From the NCBI GenBank assembly GCA_045803545.1, contig JBJMOW010000005.1:128001-192000 (forward strand): a DNA stretch of 64,000 nt. Direction: 5' to 3'. Every line of letters begins with the position of its first letter. Position 1 is the first letter of the stretch. This stretch comes from Gemmatimonadaceae bacterium (lineage in GTDB: Bacteria; Gemmatimonadota; Gemmatimonadetes; Gemmatimonadales; Gemmatimonadaceae). The notes under the pieces are model-generated. The model was not told the origin of the DNA, made no database searches, and saw nothing but the letters and a program-made list of their open reading frames with translations. A program made the position numbers and the translations under genes. Positions 39,143 to 50,173 of this stretch are shown here, piece by piece.

Positions 39143-40057
39143 CTAATACGGAGAGGCTTGCTCTCGGGAGGTAACGATCTGGAGCACTTCCTCAATCACC
39201 TTTTGCGAGAACTGCCCTGCCATTGCCTCGCGTAAAACTTGCTCGACGCGATAGATGATGTTGCTTTGCGTCTGCAGGGCTTCGCCCTGCGCGTGCAATT
39301 GCACGTGCGCCTTCTCGAGCTTGGTGACGGCGACTCGCACCTGCTCCTCGACAGCGGACAGTCTCTGTGCCGTTGCTCTGCCTTCAACGGCCGCGATTTC
39401 AATGGCGCGCTTGAGCTGAGTGACTCGGATCGAGTCTCCGGTTCCTTTACCATTCAGTGCCGCTTGCGCCTCGTTCAATTTCTGTCGCAGGTCGGCAACC
39501 GAGCGGGCGTGCTCTTCATTCAGCGCCCGAGTGACCTCCTCGAGAGTGCGCACCGCCTCCTCACGCGCGCGGCGCTCGGCGAGTCGGGCAAAGGCGAGGG
39601 CGAAGAGATCTACGGCGGGCGAGATCTTTTCGGACAAACGGTGACCGAACCGGGTTTTCGGCTCCGATAGCGCGACGATAGCCGCCAGCTCCCCGTCAAC
39701 CAGCAGCCCGCGCAGCAAGAGCACGCCGGCCTCCGGGTTGTTGCCCACTCCGAGAAGCTTTTGATAATCGCCCGACTCGGTCGTGAGGTCCGCGAACTGC
39801 TTGCCGGCCGTGAGGGTGCGTCGCACCGCGGTCGGGAGGTGGTCGAGTGCGATCTCGATTTGCGCCGTACGCATCCCTTCGTGAGCGGGGACGAGCCGTT
39901 CGGACAGCACGTCCCGCTTCGCATCGAACGTGAATAGGGCGAGATGGCCGTTCTTGTCGTGCTCGGTCACGTCCTGGGCAAGCGCATTCAGCGCTTCAGC
40001 GACGTTGCCGGAGGCGGACAGAACGGTTGAGAGACTGGCGAGAGTGCGAGGGGCCAT
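39143..40057 (-). CDS. Hypothetical protein: GAF-like N-terminus plus long coiled coil
   Basis: 304-aa ORF 6 nt upstream of trpD. Alpha/beta N-half (LLVDGELAAIVAL), heptad-rich C-half. Confidence 0.7.
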   Translation of the reverse strand: MAPRTLASLSTVLSASGNVAEALNALAQDVTEHDKNGHLALFTFDAKRDVLSERLVPAHEGMRTAQIEIALDHLPTAVRRTLTAGKQFADLTTESGDYQKLLGVGNNPEAGVLLLRGLLVDGELAAIVALSEPKTRFGHRLSEKISPAVDLFALAFARLAERRAREEAVRTLEEVTRALNEEHARSVADLRQKLNEAQAALNGKGTGDSIRVTQLKRAIEIAAVEGRATAQRLSAVEEQVRVAVTKLEKAHVQLHAQGEALQTQSNIIYRVEQVLREAMAGQFSQKVIEEVLQIVTSREQASPY

Positions 40058-40096
40058 TATCTGGAATCAGCGGTCGCTAAAGTATAAGTTCATGTG

Positions 40097-40873
40097 ATGC
40101 TGTCGCGTACCGTGCAACTCGTGTTGCACTACGATGGCGCGGCCTTCTCCGGCTGGCAGAGGCAGCCTGGTGAGCGGACTGTTCAAGGCGTTCTCGAGAA
40201 TTCGGTCGCCCGGCTTTGCGGAGACCATGTTCCGGTGATCGGCGCCGGACGCACTGACGCAGGCGTGCACGCACGCGGCCAGGCCGCGGGACTTCGCGTA
40301 CCCGAAAAGTGGACGGGCCAGGCGCTTCGGCGATCGATGAATGCCATTCTTCCGGACGACGTGTGGGTCGCGGCAGCCTTCGAGATGCGCGATGACTTTC
40401 ATCCCCGCTACAGCGCTATCTCACGCAGCTACAGCTACTTCGTAGGCACAGACGATCTCGCATCGTCACCGTTTCGGCGGCGCCATGAGCTGATCTGGAA
40501 AAAGCCGGTCGACGTCGGCCGCGTCTCGGCGGCGGCGGCGAAAATCGAAGGTCGTCACTGTTTCAGGGCCTTCGCCGTAAAAGGAACGGCACCCGAGCGG
40601 GATACCCATCACTGCACAGTCAACGTCGCCCGCTGGCGGGAGCGTTGGGGCGGACTCGTTTTCGAGATCACTGCCGACCGCTTTCTCCACCACATGGTTC
40701 GATTCCTGGTCGGCACCATGCTGGAGATTGGAGGAGGCCGCCGGGAAGTAAATGACATCGCAGAGCTTTTGGAGAGCGAAGACAATAGCGAAGTTTCAGC
40801 ACCTGCCCCGCCCCACGCGCTTTTTCTCGAGCGCGTCGAATATCCGACCGACCTATACGTGAGAGCCGAATGA
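40097..40873 (+). CDS. truA: tRNA pseudouridine(38-40) synthase
   Basis: YDGAAFSGWQRQ, GRTDAGVHA, FLHHMVR. Confidence 0.97.
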   Translation: MLSRTVQLVLHYDGAAFSGWQRQPGERTVQGVLENSVARLCGDHVPVIGAGRTDAGVHARGQAAGLRVPEKWTGQALRRSMNAILPDDVWVAAAFEMRDDFHPRYSAISRSYSYFVGTDDLASSPFRRRHELIWKKPVDVGRVSAAAAKIEGRHCFRAFAVKGTAPERDTHHCTVNVARWRERWGGLVFEITADRFLHHMVRFLVGTMLEIGGGRREVNDIAELLESEDNSEVSAPAPPHALFLERVEYPTDLYVRAE

Positions 40874-41535
40874 ACATCTACCTCGAGAGCGTCAACCTCG
40901 ATGAGATCCGAAGCGCTGCTGCGGCCGGGTTGGCCGATGGCGTGGCATTTTCGCATACAGCGACCAGCGCAGACGCTGCTGACGCCAACACTAGAGAAAG
41001 ACTCGAAGACATTTCGCGCGAATTTGCCTTCCCCGTCTGTGTACCCGTGGGGGCGCTCGCGTCGGCGGACATTTACAGCGAGGCCCGCGAGCTGGCCAAA
41101 GTCTCAGACCACGTCGTCGTCCAGATCCCACTGGTGGAAGACTCGCTGATCCCAATGGCGCGGCTGGCGGCTGAGGGCGTGATTATCTGCGCCACCTTCG
41201 TCTACAGTCCGGCCCAGGCAATCATCGCAGCCAAGGCAGGAGCAGCAGCGGTGCGTGTGGCACTTACTGACCTCGAGACTTACGGACAGGCGGCGACGCG
41301 GACTTTGGCCGAAATCAAGAGCGCGCTCGAATCGAGCGGTTTGGAGTCGGACGTGATGGCCGCTTCCCCGTCATCTCCCGTACAATTTTCCGAGTGCGCT
41401 CTCGCGGGAGCTGACATCATCTGCGTTACCCCGCAGACGCTTCGCAATCTCGTAGTACACCCGCTGAGCGACCGCGGTGTCGATCGCTTCCTGAGCGATC
41501 TCGCTCGGAGACCGAAGGCACGCAGCTCGTCATGA
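40870..41535 (+). CDS. Transaldolase/FSA-family protein with degenerate active site
   Basis: Colinear with small transaldolases (S.AQA..AAKAGA, GADI, HPLSDRG..RFL.D), but VVVQIP replaces VVVKIP. Confidence 0.85.
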   Translation: MNIYLESVNLDEIRSAAAAGLADGVAFSHTATSADAADANTRERLEDISREFAFPVCVPVGALASADIYSEARELAKVSDHVVVQIPLVEDSLIPMARLAAEGVIICATFVYSPAQAIIAAKAGAAAVRVALTDLETYGQAATRTLAEIKSALESSGLESDVMAASPSSPVQFSECALAGADIICVTPQTLRNLVVHPLSDRGVDRFLSDLARRPKARSSS

Positions 41536-42932
41536 CGATGCGCTTCGCTCGCTTCCTGACCTGTCTCGCGGCAATCGCTTGTCAGGGGTCATCGAGCGCA
41601 TCGTCGGCACAATCTTCCGCATCCTCGTCGCCAATCGAGGCGACGACAGCCGCAGTGAGCGGCTCGCGACGCACGGCAATTACAGAGGCTGTCTCCCGCG
41701 TCGCGCCAGCAGTCGTCACGGTCCAGACGGAGGTCGTCGAGCGCGTTCCAGCCGACGTATTCGAGCAGTTCTTTGGCGGTAGGTCGGGAACTCGGGCCGC
41801 CGCAGGACTTGGCTCTGGCTTCATCATTCGGCCTGACGGCGCGATCGTCACCAATGCGCACGTGGTCGCGGGAGCGACGCGGATCTCGGTGGCTATGCGC
41901 GACGGGACTACATACCCGGCTCGACTGGTCGGCATCGACGAGACGAATGATCTCGCCGTCCTCAAAATCGATGCCCGCAATCTGCCCGTGTCGCCACTCG
42001 GCAATTCATCCAATCTCCTCATCGGGGAATGGGCGATCGCCATCGGGAATCCGTATGGGTTCATTCTCGCCAACACCGAGCCCAGCGTCACCGTCGGAGT
42101 AGTGAGCGGAACCGGCAGAAATCTCGCCGCGCAGAGCGAGGGATCCGGCGTCTACGTCGACATGATTCAGACCGACGCGTCGATCAATCCGGGCAACTCG
42201 GGTGGCCCGCTGGTGAACGCAGTCGGTGAAGTGATCGGCGTCAATAGCTCGATCTTCTCGCCAAGTGGCGGCTCGGTCGGAATTGGTTTCGCGATCCCGA
42301 TCAATCGTGCCCGGAGAGTCGCCGAGGACCTGCTCGCACACGGTGTGGTGAGGCGGCCTTGGGTCGGCATTCAGCCGCTGCTTTCTCGACCGCAGCCAGG
42401 ACGCGCTCCAACCGCCGGTGTGGTTGTAGCCTCAGTGGTTCCCGGCTCTCCCGCCGAGAAGTCGGGAATTCGCTCCGGTGACGTAATCGTGCGATCGCGC
42501 GACCGTACGCTCAGGAATCCGTACGACTGGTACGCCGAGCTGCTCGAGCTGCGCGTTGGAGAAAGCGACACCATCGTGGTAAAGCGTGGCACCCGTGAAA
42601 TGCCTTTCACCGTCGGCGTCGTCGACCTCCCGGATGTGAACGCACCGCGCGTCACAGTCCTGCGTGAGATCGAGCTGATCACGCTCACCGCGCCGATTCG
42701 CGCGCAGTATCAGATCCAGAGCCGTCAGGGTGCGCTTGTGAACCGCGTCAGTGATCGGGTCCAGCAGCAAATCGGCCTGCAGCAGGGCGATCTGATCGTG
42801 CAGATCAACCGCGCGCCAATCACCCGCGCGGAAGACGTGAATCGGATTCTCACCAGCAATGGACGTGGCATCCTGCAGATGTATTTCGAGCGTGGCGGCC
42901 AGATCTACGCCACCGAGTTCAGTCTCCAGTAG
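41532..42932 (+). CDS. HtrA/DegP-like serine protease with two PDZ domains, probable lipoprotein
   Basis: TNAHV, DLAV and NPGNSGG triad; lipobox-like AIAC followed by a Ser-rich linker. Confidence 0.93.
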   Translation: MTMRFARFLTCLAAIACQGSSSASSAQSSASSSPIEATTAAVSGSRRTAITEAVSRVAPAVVTVQTEVVERVPADVFEQFFGGRSGTRAAAGLGSGFIIRPDGAIVTNAHVVAGATRISVAMRDGTTYPARLVGIDETNDLAVLKIDARNLPVSPLGNSSNLLIGEWAIAIGNPYGFILANTEPSVTVGVVSGTGRNLAAQSEGSGVYVDMIQTDASINPGNSGGPLVNAVGEVIGVNSSIFSPSGGSVGIGFAIPINRARRVAEDLLAHGVVRRPWVGIQPLLSRPQPGRAPTAGVVVASVVPGSPAEKSGIRSGDVIVRSRDRTLRNPYDWYAELLELRVGESDTIVVKRGTREMPFTVGVVDLPDVNAPRVTVLREIELITLTAPIRAQYQIQSRQGALVNRVSDRVQQQIGLQQGDLIVQINRAPITRAEDVNRILTSNGRGILQMYFERGGQIYATEFSLQ

Positions 42933-44365
42933 TGGCGAACAACCGCTACAGCTCGCCGCTCGCCGAGCGGTACGCGTCTCAGGCAATGCTGGAGCTGTGG
43001 TCGCCGGCTAGTCGTCACGGACTCTGGCGTCGACTGTGGCTCGCGCTAGCTGAAGCCGAGCGTGAGCTCGGCGTCGAGATTCCCGACGCCGCTACCCGCG
43101 AAATGCGCGCGAACCTCGACAACATCGATTTCGACGTAGTCGCGAAATACGAGAAGCGCTTCCGACACGATGTCATGGCGCACGTCCATGCGTTCGGAGA
43201 TGTTGCGCCGGCGGCGAAAGCGTTCATCCATTTGGGAGCTACCAGCGCGTTCGTCACCGATAACGCCGATCTCATTCTGATGAGGCGCGGATTGTCGCTG
43301 CTGCGTAGTCGGGTTCTCGACGTGCTGCGCGCGCTGGCCGAGTTCGCTGAGAAGTGGCGCGAGCAACCTACACTCGGCTACACCCATCTGCAGCCGGCAC
43401 AGCTTACGACAGTCGGGAAGCGCGCGACTCTTTGGATGCAGGACCTCGTGCTCGACCTCGAGGACATCGACTATCGGCTGCGCACCCTTCCCTTTCGCGG
43501 CGTAAAGGGCACAACCGGAACCCAGGCGAGCTTCCTCGAGCTCTTTGACGGTGATCACGGCAAGGTGAGGCAGCTGGATCGCATCGTGACAGAGAAGATG
43601 TCGTTCCCCGGCCCACTGCCTGTCACCGGCCAGACGTACACGAGAAAACTCGATGCGTTCGTCCTCGGCGTCGTCGCGGGTGTGGCGGCGAGCGCGGCGA
43701 AGTTCAGCGGCGACATCCGGATGCTCCAGGCGTTTGGAGAGATCGAGGAGCCATTCGAGAAGGAACAGGTCGGCTCATCGGCGATGGCTTACAAGCGGAA
43801 TCCGATGCGTTCGGAACGAATCGCCTCTCTGGCCCGGTTCGTAAACTCGCTCGAGGGCAACGCGAATCAGACGCATGCTGTGCAGTACTTTGAGCGGACG
43901 CTCGACGACAGCGCCAATCGCAGGTTGGTAATTCCCGAGATGTTTCTCGCGACCGATGCGATCATGCTGCTGATGGCGAACGTCGCGAGCGGACTCGAGG
44001 TGCACCCCGCAGTGATCAATCGGCGTTTGAGCGCCGAGCTGCCGTTCATGGCAACCGAGCAGCTGATCGTGCGAGCGGTGCGCGCCGGAGGAGATCGCCA
44101 GGTTGTGCATGAAACGATTCGCAAGCACAGCCTCGCCGCCGCAGCTGCACTCAAGGACGGCGCCGATTCGAACGACCTGCTGGAGCGCCTCGGCCGCGAC
44201 AAGTCTTTCGGCGTCAAGCTCGAAGATCTGCGCGGCGCGATCGAACCCAGGCGCTTCATCGGCCGCGCACCAGAACAGGTCGACGAGTTTCTACGTGATG
44301 TCATCGCACCGTTATTCAGCAGCGAAGTGAGTCGCCCCGAAATCGCCGAGGAGATTCGCGTCTGA
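42932..44365 (+). CDS. purB: Adenylosuccinate lyase
   Basis: [31 protein letters not shown]. Confidence 0.97.
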   Translation: MANNRYSSPLAERYASQAMLELWSPASRHGLWRRLWLALAEAERELGVEIPDAATREMRANLDNIDFDVVAKYEKRFRHDVMAHVHAFGDVAPAAKAFIHLGATSAFVTDNADLILMRRGLSLLRSRVLDVLRALAEFAEKWREQPTLGYTHLQPAQLTTVGKRATLWMQDLVLDLEDIDYRLRTLPFRGVKGTTGTQASFLELFDGDHGKVRQLDRIVTEKMSFPGPLPVTGQTYTRKLDAFVLGVVAGVAASAAKFSGDIRMLQAFGEIEEPFEKEQVGSSAMAYKRNPMRSERIASLARFVNSLEGNANQTHAVQYFERTLDDSANRRLVIPEMFLATDAIMLLMANVASGLEVHPAVINRRLSAELPFMATEQLIVRAVRAGGDRQVVHETIRKHSLAAAAALKDGADSNDLLERLGRDKSFGVKLEDLRGAIEPRRFIGRAPEQVDEFLRDVIAPLFSSEVSRPEIAEEIRV

Positions 44366-45306
44366 TGCTGATGCAAACGAGCTCATTGCCGTTGAACACT
44401 CTGCGTCGCGGCAAAGTGCGCGATGTGTACGAAGTCGATGATGACCGCGTTCTGCTCGTCGCCACCGATCGCGTCAGCGCATTCGACGTCGTGATGAATG
44501 AGACGATCCCTCGCAAGGGGGCCGTGCTCACACAGATCACTGCCTGGTGGTTGAGGCAGCTGGAGAATCGAGTCGCGCATCACATGATTTCGGCCGACAC
44601 ATCGGAAATAGTCCAACAGGTGCCGCAACTCCGCGAGCACGAGTCGGATCTGAGCGGACGCGCGATGCTGTGCCGGCGCACGGCGGTATTCCCGATTGAG
44701 TGCGTCGTGCGTGGATACATCTCGGGATCGGCGTGGAAAGAGTATCGTGAGCGCGGGACACTAGCCGGCGAAGCGCTGCCCAAAGGATTGCGCGAATCTG
44801 ACAGGCTCGAGCCGCCGATTTTCAGCCCGGCTACAAAGGCAGAAGAAGGCCACGATGAAAACATCACGATCCCCCAGATGCGTTCGATCGTGGGAGAATC
44901 GGCGGGTGTGGAGCTGGAGCGTCTCTCTCGCGAGATCTACAGCGCCGGTCGGGAGATAGCTGGCAAACGCGGCATCATCATCGCCGACACAAAATTTGAG
45001 TTCGGAAGACCGCTCGGTACTGGGTCGGAACCCTCAGGCGTGGTTATATTGGTGGATGAAGTGCTCACGCCCGACAGTTCGCGCTTCTGGCCGGCAGACC
45101 GATATGAGCCCGGGCACGGACAACCCAGCTTCGACAAGCAACCGCTCCGCGACTATCTCGACGCCGAAAGGCGGGCGGGACGCTGGGATGGGAACTACCC
45201 GCCGCCGAGGCTTCCGAAAGAAGTGATCGAAGCCACGAGCGAGCGCTATCTGGACATTTATCGCCGGCTGACCGGACACTCACTCGACCCTAACGGCTCA
45301 CATTGA
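44365..45306 (+). CDS. purC: SAICAR synthase
   Basis: [34 protein letters not shown]. Confidence 0.98.
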   Translation: MLMQTSSLPLNTLRRGKVRDVYEVDDDRVLLVATDRVSAFDVVMNETIPRKGAVLTQITAWWLRQLENRVAHHMISADTSEIVQQVPQLREHESDLSGRAMLCRRTAVFPIECVVRGYISGSAWKEYRERGTLAGEALPKGLRESDRLEPPIFSPATKAEEGHDENITIPQMRSIVGESAGVELERLSREIYSAGREIAGKRGIIIADTKFEFGRPLGTGSEPSGVVILVDEVLTPDSSRFWPADRYEPGHGQPSFDKQPLRDYLDAERRAGRWDGNYPPPRLPKEVIEATSERYLDIYRRLTGHSLDPNGSH

Positions 45307-45953
45307 ACTTCGCGCGCGAAGGCCTCCTGTTCATCGCGATAGCCGCGCTCATCGCGGCTGGCGCATTCAGCTTCGCGATCTACAGACGCTCATGGGGACT
45401 CTGGCTGCTTGCGTTCGTTCTGCTGCTCCTCGCGCTCTGGGTTGCGTACTTCTTCCGCGATCCTGAGCGGACAGGTCAGCGTGGAGCGTCGCTGGTCGTA
45501 TCCCCTGCCGACGGCAAGCTGATCATGATCACCGAGGTCGACGAGCCCGCGTTCATCAAGGGGCGAGCTGTCAGGCTTTCGATCTTCATGAATGTGTTCA
45601 ACGTCCACGTCAATCGTTATCCGGTCGACGGCGCCGTCAGCTACATCCACTACAACAAGGGCAAGTTTTTCAACGCGGCAGCGGAGAAGTCGAGCCTCGA
45701 AAACGAGCAGATGTCGGTGGGCATCCACAGCGGCAAGTACCGCGTGCTGGTGCGCCAGATCGCCGGTTTGATCGCCCGACGCATCGTCACCTACAGCAAG
45801 GTGGGCGACACCGTTAAACAGGGCGACCGCATGGGGATTATTCGTTTCGGGTCCCGGGTCGACGTATTCCTGCCGCCCGGCACCAGGGTGCTCGCCAAGC
45901 TTGGTGACGCCACCGTCGCTGGCGTGACAATACTCGGGGATCTTCCAAAGTGA
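45303..45953 (+). CDS. psd: Phosphatidylserine decarboxylase proenzyme
   Basis: FFRDPER, SPADG, NVHVNR, RFGSRVD self-cleavage site. Confidence 0.93.
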   Translation: MNFAREGLLFIAIAALIAAGAFSFAIYRRSWGLWLLAFVLLLLALWVAYFFRDPERTGQRGASLVVSPADGKLIMITEVDEPAFIKGRAVRLSIFMNVFNVHVNRYPVDGAVSYIHYNKGKFFNAAAEKSSLENEQMSVGIHSGKYRVLVRQIAGLIARRIVTYSKVGDTVKQGDRMGIIRFGSRVDVFLPPGTRVLAKLGDATVAGVTILGDLPK

Positions 45954-46918
45954 CGCCTCCGCTGACGAACGAGCCGGCGCGTCCCTATCGCGGCGCCGAG
46001 GAGCGCGAAGGTCCACGCCGCGCGGTAATCGTCCTGCCCAATGGATTCACGCTGGCGTCGCTCTTCTTCGGAATGTTTGCGATTGTCGCTGCGTCGCGCA
46101 GCGAGTTCGACACCGCAGGACTCTATGTGGTGTTCGGGGGGATCTGCGACGCACTCGATGGGAGGGTTGCGCGCGCGACCGGCACCGGGTCGCGATTTGG
46201 ATCGGAGCTGGATTCGCTCGTCGACGCTATCACGTTTGGTCTGGCACCGGCGATGATCATGTACTTCGCCGTACTCAATCGAAACGGCTGGGACTGGATT
46301 TTCGCGTTCATTTTCACGGCGTGCGCGGTGATCAGACTCGCGCGCTTCAACGTCGAGCAGGCCGGACGCGCCAAGAAATACTTTCACGGGCTTCCCAGCC
46401 CCGCGGCGGGAATGACGCTGGCGACTTACTACTGGTTCAGTCAGACGCCCCTCTACAACCAGACCGTCGTCGGTGATCTCAATTGGACGGTGGCACTGCG
46501 CTGGGTGATGCTTGGGCTCGGCGCGCTGATGATCAGCAACGTCTCTTATCCGGCTGTTCCCACAGTCGGCTTCAGAAAGATCAGTGAGATCCTGGGGACG
46601 CTTGCGGTTGTCGCGACGCTCGTCGGAGTGCTTTTCCTGCGCAAGGAATTTTATTTCCCCGCCCTGATCTGTTACGTGCTGTATGGCATCGCCAAGACCG
46701 TGCTGTTCGGGCTGTTCGATCGCAGGCCGAAGGGGGATTCGCCCGTGATCGATGATGAGGGGCCATTCTTAGTGGCTGCGGATGGAGTGGCTGAGCCAAT
46801 CGGCGATGGACCGCGTCACCGTCGTCGGCGCCGGCGTCGGCGTGGACCGGGCGGCGGCGGCCCGCCGCGCGGTGGTGGCAACTTCTCACCGCCGGGCCCC
46901 AGTGGAGGAACGTCTTGA
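45950..46918 (+). CDS. pssA: CDP-diacylglycerol--serine O-phosphatidyltransferase
   Basis: PNGFT, DALDGRVAR..GSELDSLVD, RLARFN, GLPSP. Adjacent to psd. Confidence 0.92.
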   Translation: MTPPLTNEPARPYRGAEEREGPRRAVIVLPNGFTLASLFFGMFAIVAASRSEFDTAGLYVVFGGICDALDGRVARATGTGSRFGSELDSLVDAITFGLAPAMIMYFAVLNRNGWDWIFAFIFTACAVIRLARFNVEQAGRAKKYFHGLPSPAAGMTLATYYWFSQTPLYNQTVVGDLNWTVALRWVMLGLGALMISNVSYPAVPTVGFRKISEILGTLAVVATLVGVLFLRKEFYFPALICYVLYGIAKTVLFGLFDRRPKGDSPVIDDEGPFLVAADGVAEPIGDGPRHRRRRRRRRGPGGGGPPRGGGNFSPPGPSGGTS

Positions 46919-47175
46919 TGGGAAAATTCCGCATCGCCGTTCACATCACGCCACGCAAAGGACTGCTGGATCCGCAAGGGAACGCGGTGAAAGATGCTCT
47001 CCACACCCTCGGATTTGAGAGCGTAAAAGAAGTCCACGTCGGTCGCTACATCATTCTCGAGGTGGACGCGTACGATGCAATCGCGGCGGAAGAGACCGGG
47101 ACCGACATGTGCCGCAAGCTCCTGGCGAATCCGGTGACTGAAGACTTCGAAATTGAATCGGCGGTGCACGCATGA
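46915..47175 (+). CDS. purS: FGAM synthase subunit PurS
   Basis: [13 protein letters not shown]. Confidence 0.95.
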   Translation: MMGKFRIAVHITPRKGLLDPQGNAVKDALHTLGFESVKEVHVGRYIILEVDAYDAIAAEETGTDMCRKLLANPVTEDFEIESAVHA

Positions 47176-47864
47176 AATTCGGGATCATCACCTTCCCTGG
47201 GTCCAATTGCGACTATGACGCGTATCACGCGATTACGGACGTGCTCGGTGAAGACGCAGTCTATCTGTGGCACAAGGATCATGACCTTCAGGGTTCGGAT
47301 GTGATCATTCTGCCTGGCGGGTTCAGTTACGGTGATTATCTCCGGGCCGGAGCGATCGCGCGATTCAGCGCGATCATGCAGGAAGTTGTTGCACACGCTA
47401 AATCGGGTGGGCCGGTGCTTGGTATCTGCAACGGATTTCAGATCGCGTGCGAGGCTGGTCTGTTGCCCGGCGCGTTGATGCGCAACTCACACCTGCAGTT
47501 CGTGTCCGACGCCGTTCGCATCCGCGTCGAGAATACCGACACGATGTTCACCAATCTGTATGAGCGCGGCGAAATTCTCCGCATACCGGTCGCGCACGGA
47601 GATGGACGCTTCGTTGCAAGCAAGGAGACCCTCGACCAGCTGGAAGGCGAAGGCCGAGTGGTTTTCCGCTATGCTGACGCGACCGGCAAGGTTACGCCGG
47701 AGGCCAACCCGAACGGATCAGAGCGCAACATCGCCGGCGTGATCAGCGACGCAGGCAATGTGCTGGGCTTGATGCCACATCCCGAGCGCGCGTGCAGTCC
47801 CTTACTTGGCTCCAGCGATGGAGTTCGTTTGCTCGAATCGATCCTCACCAAAGTGGCGGCCTGA
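47172..47864 (+). CDS. purQ: FGAM synthase glutaminase subunit PurQ
   Basis: [27 protein letters not shown]. Confidence 0.98.
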   Translation: MKFGIITFPGSNCDYDAYHAITDVLGEDAVYLWHKDHDLQGSDVIILPGGFSYGDYLRAGAIARFSAIMQEVVAHAKSGGPVLGICNGFQIACEAGLLPGALMRNSHLQFVSDAVRIRVENTDTMFTNLYERGEILRIPVAHGDGRFVASKETLDQLEGEGRVVFRYADATGKVTPEANPNGSERNIAGVISDAGNVLGLMPHPERACSPLLGSSDGVRLLESILTKVAA

Positions 47865-47865
47865 C

Positions 47866-50172
47866 GTGTCCGAAGTAGCGCCCCGCCCGGGCGATCCAGT
47901 CATTACACCGGCGCTCGTCGCGGAGCACGGCCTGACGCGCGAGGAATTCGAGCGTCTGAGAACAATGCTTGGGCGCGAGCCGACGTTCACCGAGCTCGGC
48001 ATCATCAGCGCACTTTGGAGCGAGCACTGCTCGTACAAGCATTCACGCCCGATTTTGAAGACCTTGCCGACGTCGGCGCCGCACGTGCTGCAGGGACCGG
48101 GCGAGAACGCAGGCGTGATCTCGATCGGAGATGGACTCGCCGTCGCATTCAAGATCGAGTCACACAATCATCCGTCAGCGGTCGAGCCGTACCAGGGCGC
48201 GGCGACTGGCGTTGGTGGGATTCTGCGCGACGTCTTCACGATGGGCGCTCGACCGATCGCGATGCTCAACTCGCTGCGATTTGGCAGTCTCGATGATTCG
48301 CGAGTCCGCTACCTGTTCGCGGGTGTCGTCAAAGGCATCGGCGATTACGGGAACTGCGTCGGCATTCCCACCGTCGCGGGCGAGATCGTGTTCGATCCCT
48401 CGTACGAAAAGAATCCTCTGGTAAACGCGATGTGCGTCGGACTGATGCACGAAGAAGATCTCATTCGCGCCAAAGCCGAGGGCGTCGGCAATCCAATCAT
48501 GGCGGTTGGCGCGCGGACGGGACGTGATGGCATTCACGGCGCGTCGTTCGCATCGGAAGATTTATCGGAGGCAAGCGATGCGAAGCGCCCGCGCATTCAG
48601 GTCGGTGATCCGTTCACCGAAAAACTGCTGCTCGAGGCGAGTCTCGAGCTGATCAAGAGCGGTCACATCGTCGCCATTCAGGATATGGGCGCGGCCGGCC
48701 TGACGTCGTCGTCAGCTGAAATGGCCGAGCGCGGCGACGTCGGGGTGACGATTGATGTCACCAGGATGCCGACACGCGAGAGTGGCATGACGCCCTACGA
48801 GATTCTGCTCAGCGAGTCGCAGGAGCGAATGCTCGTCGTCGCCAGAAAAGGTCATGAAGATGCGGTGCGCGACATTCTCACCAAATGGGATCTCACCGCC
48901 GCCGTCATCGGCGAAGTCATCAGCGACCCTGTGTATCGAGTGACGGAGGGTTCTCGTGTCGTCGCTGAGTTTCCGGGTTCGCGGCTCGTCACCGACTGTC
49001 CCGTCTATACGCCCGATGCCCGCGAGTCCTCGGAGATAGTCGAGCTACGGTCGGTCGATCCGTCGTCGATTCCGGAACTAGCCGACGAAAAGGACCACTG
49101 CTGGACGCTCGAGCGATTGCTCTCCACTCCGACGATCGCGAGCAAGACCTGGGCGTACCGTCAGTACGATTCGACAGTACGCACGAACACCGTCCTTGGT
49201 CCGGGTGGTGATGCGGCGGTTCTCCGCGTTCGCGGCACCAACAAGGCGATCGCGCTGAAGACCGACTGCAACGGGCGCTACGTCTATCTCGACCCCCGCG
49301 TGGGCGGCCGGATCGCAGTGGCGGAAGCAGCGCGCAATGTGGCCTGCACCGGTGCTCGTCCGATGGCGATCACGAATTGTCTGAACTTCGGCAATCCGAC
49401 GCGACCGGAGGTATTCTTCCAGTTCAGGGAAGCGGTGGCAGGAATGGGCGAAGCATGTCGGGCTCTTGGGACACCGGTGACCGGCGGCAACGTGTCGTTC
49501 TATAACGAAAGTCCGACGAGCGCCGTGTATCCAACGCCAGTAATCGGTATGGTCGGCTTAATCGAAGATCTCGCTCACGTGACGCGCGCTTCGTTCCAGC
49601 ACGACGGCGATACCATCCTCTTGCTGGGTGAGATGGACGGGGAGCTCGGCGGTAGCGAGTATCTGGCGACGATTCACGGAGAAGTCGTCGGGGCTGCCCC
49701 ACGCTGTGATCCGGTGCGTGAGAAAGCGGTGATCGATGCTTTGCTCGAATCGATCCAGTCGGGCTCGGTGAGCTCGGCGCATGATTGTAGCGATGGCGGG
49801 CTCGCGGTTGCACTGGCCGAGTGCTGCATCTCAAACGTCGATTGCCTGAGCGGAGCAGAGATTGATTTGTCGCGTTTCACCGCGCTTGCGGACCGGGCGA
49901 TCCTTTTCGGCGAGACTCAGGGGCGCGTCGTGGTCTCGAGCGGAGCACCTGAGCGGGTGTTGGAGATTGCAAACCGACACGGAGTCCCCTGTACTCAAAT
50001 CGGTCGAGTTCGCCGGCACTCCGACATTCTCGAGATCACACTGCCCAAATCTTCGCTCCGCGCGCCGTTGCCACGCCTCAAAAGCGCTTATCATGAATCG
50101 ATTCCCTCGATCATGAGCCGAACCCCCGAACACGCAACTTTCGACGAATTATCGCAGGTGGCTGCGCACTGA
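47866..50172 (+). CDS. purL: FGAM synthase subunit PurL
   Basis: [32 protein letters not shown] at 47866. Confidence 0.98.
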   Translation: MSEVAPRPGDPVITPALVAEHGLTREEFERLRTMLGREPTFTELGIISALWSEHCSYKHSRPILKTLPTSAPHVLQGPGENAGVISIGDGLAVAFKIESHNHPSAVEPYQGAATGVGGILRDVFTMGARPIAMLNSLRFGSLDDSRVRYLFAGVVKGIGDYGNCVGIPTVAGEIVFDPSYEKNPLVNAMCVGLMHEEDLIRAKAEGVGNPIMAVGARTGRDGIHGASFASEDLSEASDAKRPRIQVGDPFTEKLLLEASLELIKSGHIVAIQDMGAAGLTSSSAEMAERGDVGVTIDVTRMPTRESGMTPYEILLSESQERMLVVARKGHEDAVRDILTKWDLTAAVIGEVISDPVYRVTEGSRVVAEFPGSRLVTDCPVYTPDARESSEIVELRSVDPSSIPELADEKDHCWTLERLLSTPTIASKTWAYRQYDSTVRTNTVLGPGGDAAVLRVRGTNKAIALKTDCNGRYVYLDPRVGGRIAVAEAARNVACTGARPMAITNCLNFGNPTRPEVFFQFREAVAGMGEACRALGTPVTGGNVSFYNESPTSAVYPTPVIGMVGLIEDLAHVTRASFQHDGDTILLLGEMDGELGGSEYLATIHGEVVGAAPRCDPVREKAVIDALLESIQSGSVSSAHDCSDGGLAVALAECCISNVDCLSGAEIDLSRFTALADRAILFGETQGRVVVSSGAPERVLEIANRHGVPCTQIGRVRRHSDILEITLPKSSLRAPLPRLKSAYHESIPSIMSRTPEHATFDELSQVAAH

Positions 50173-50173
50173 T

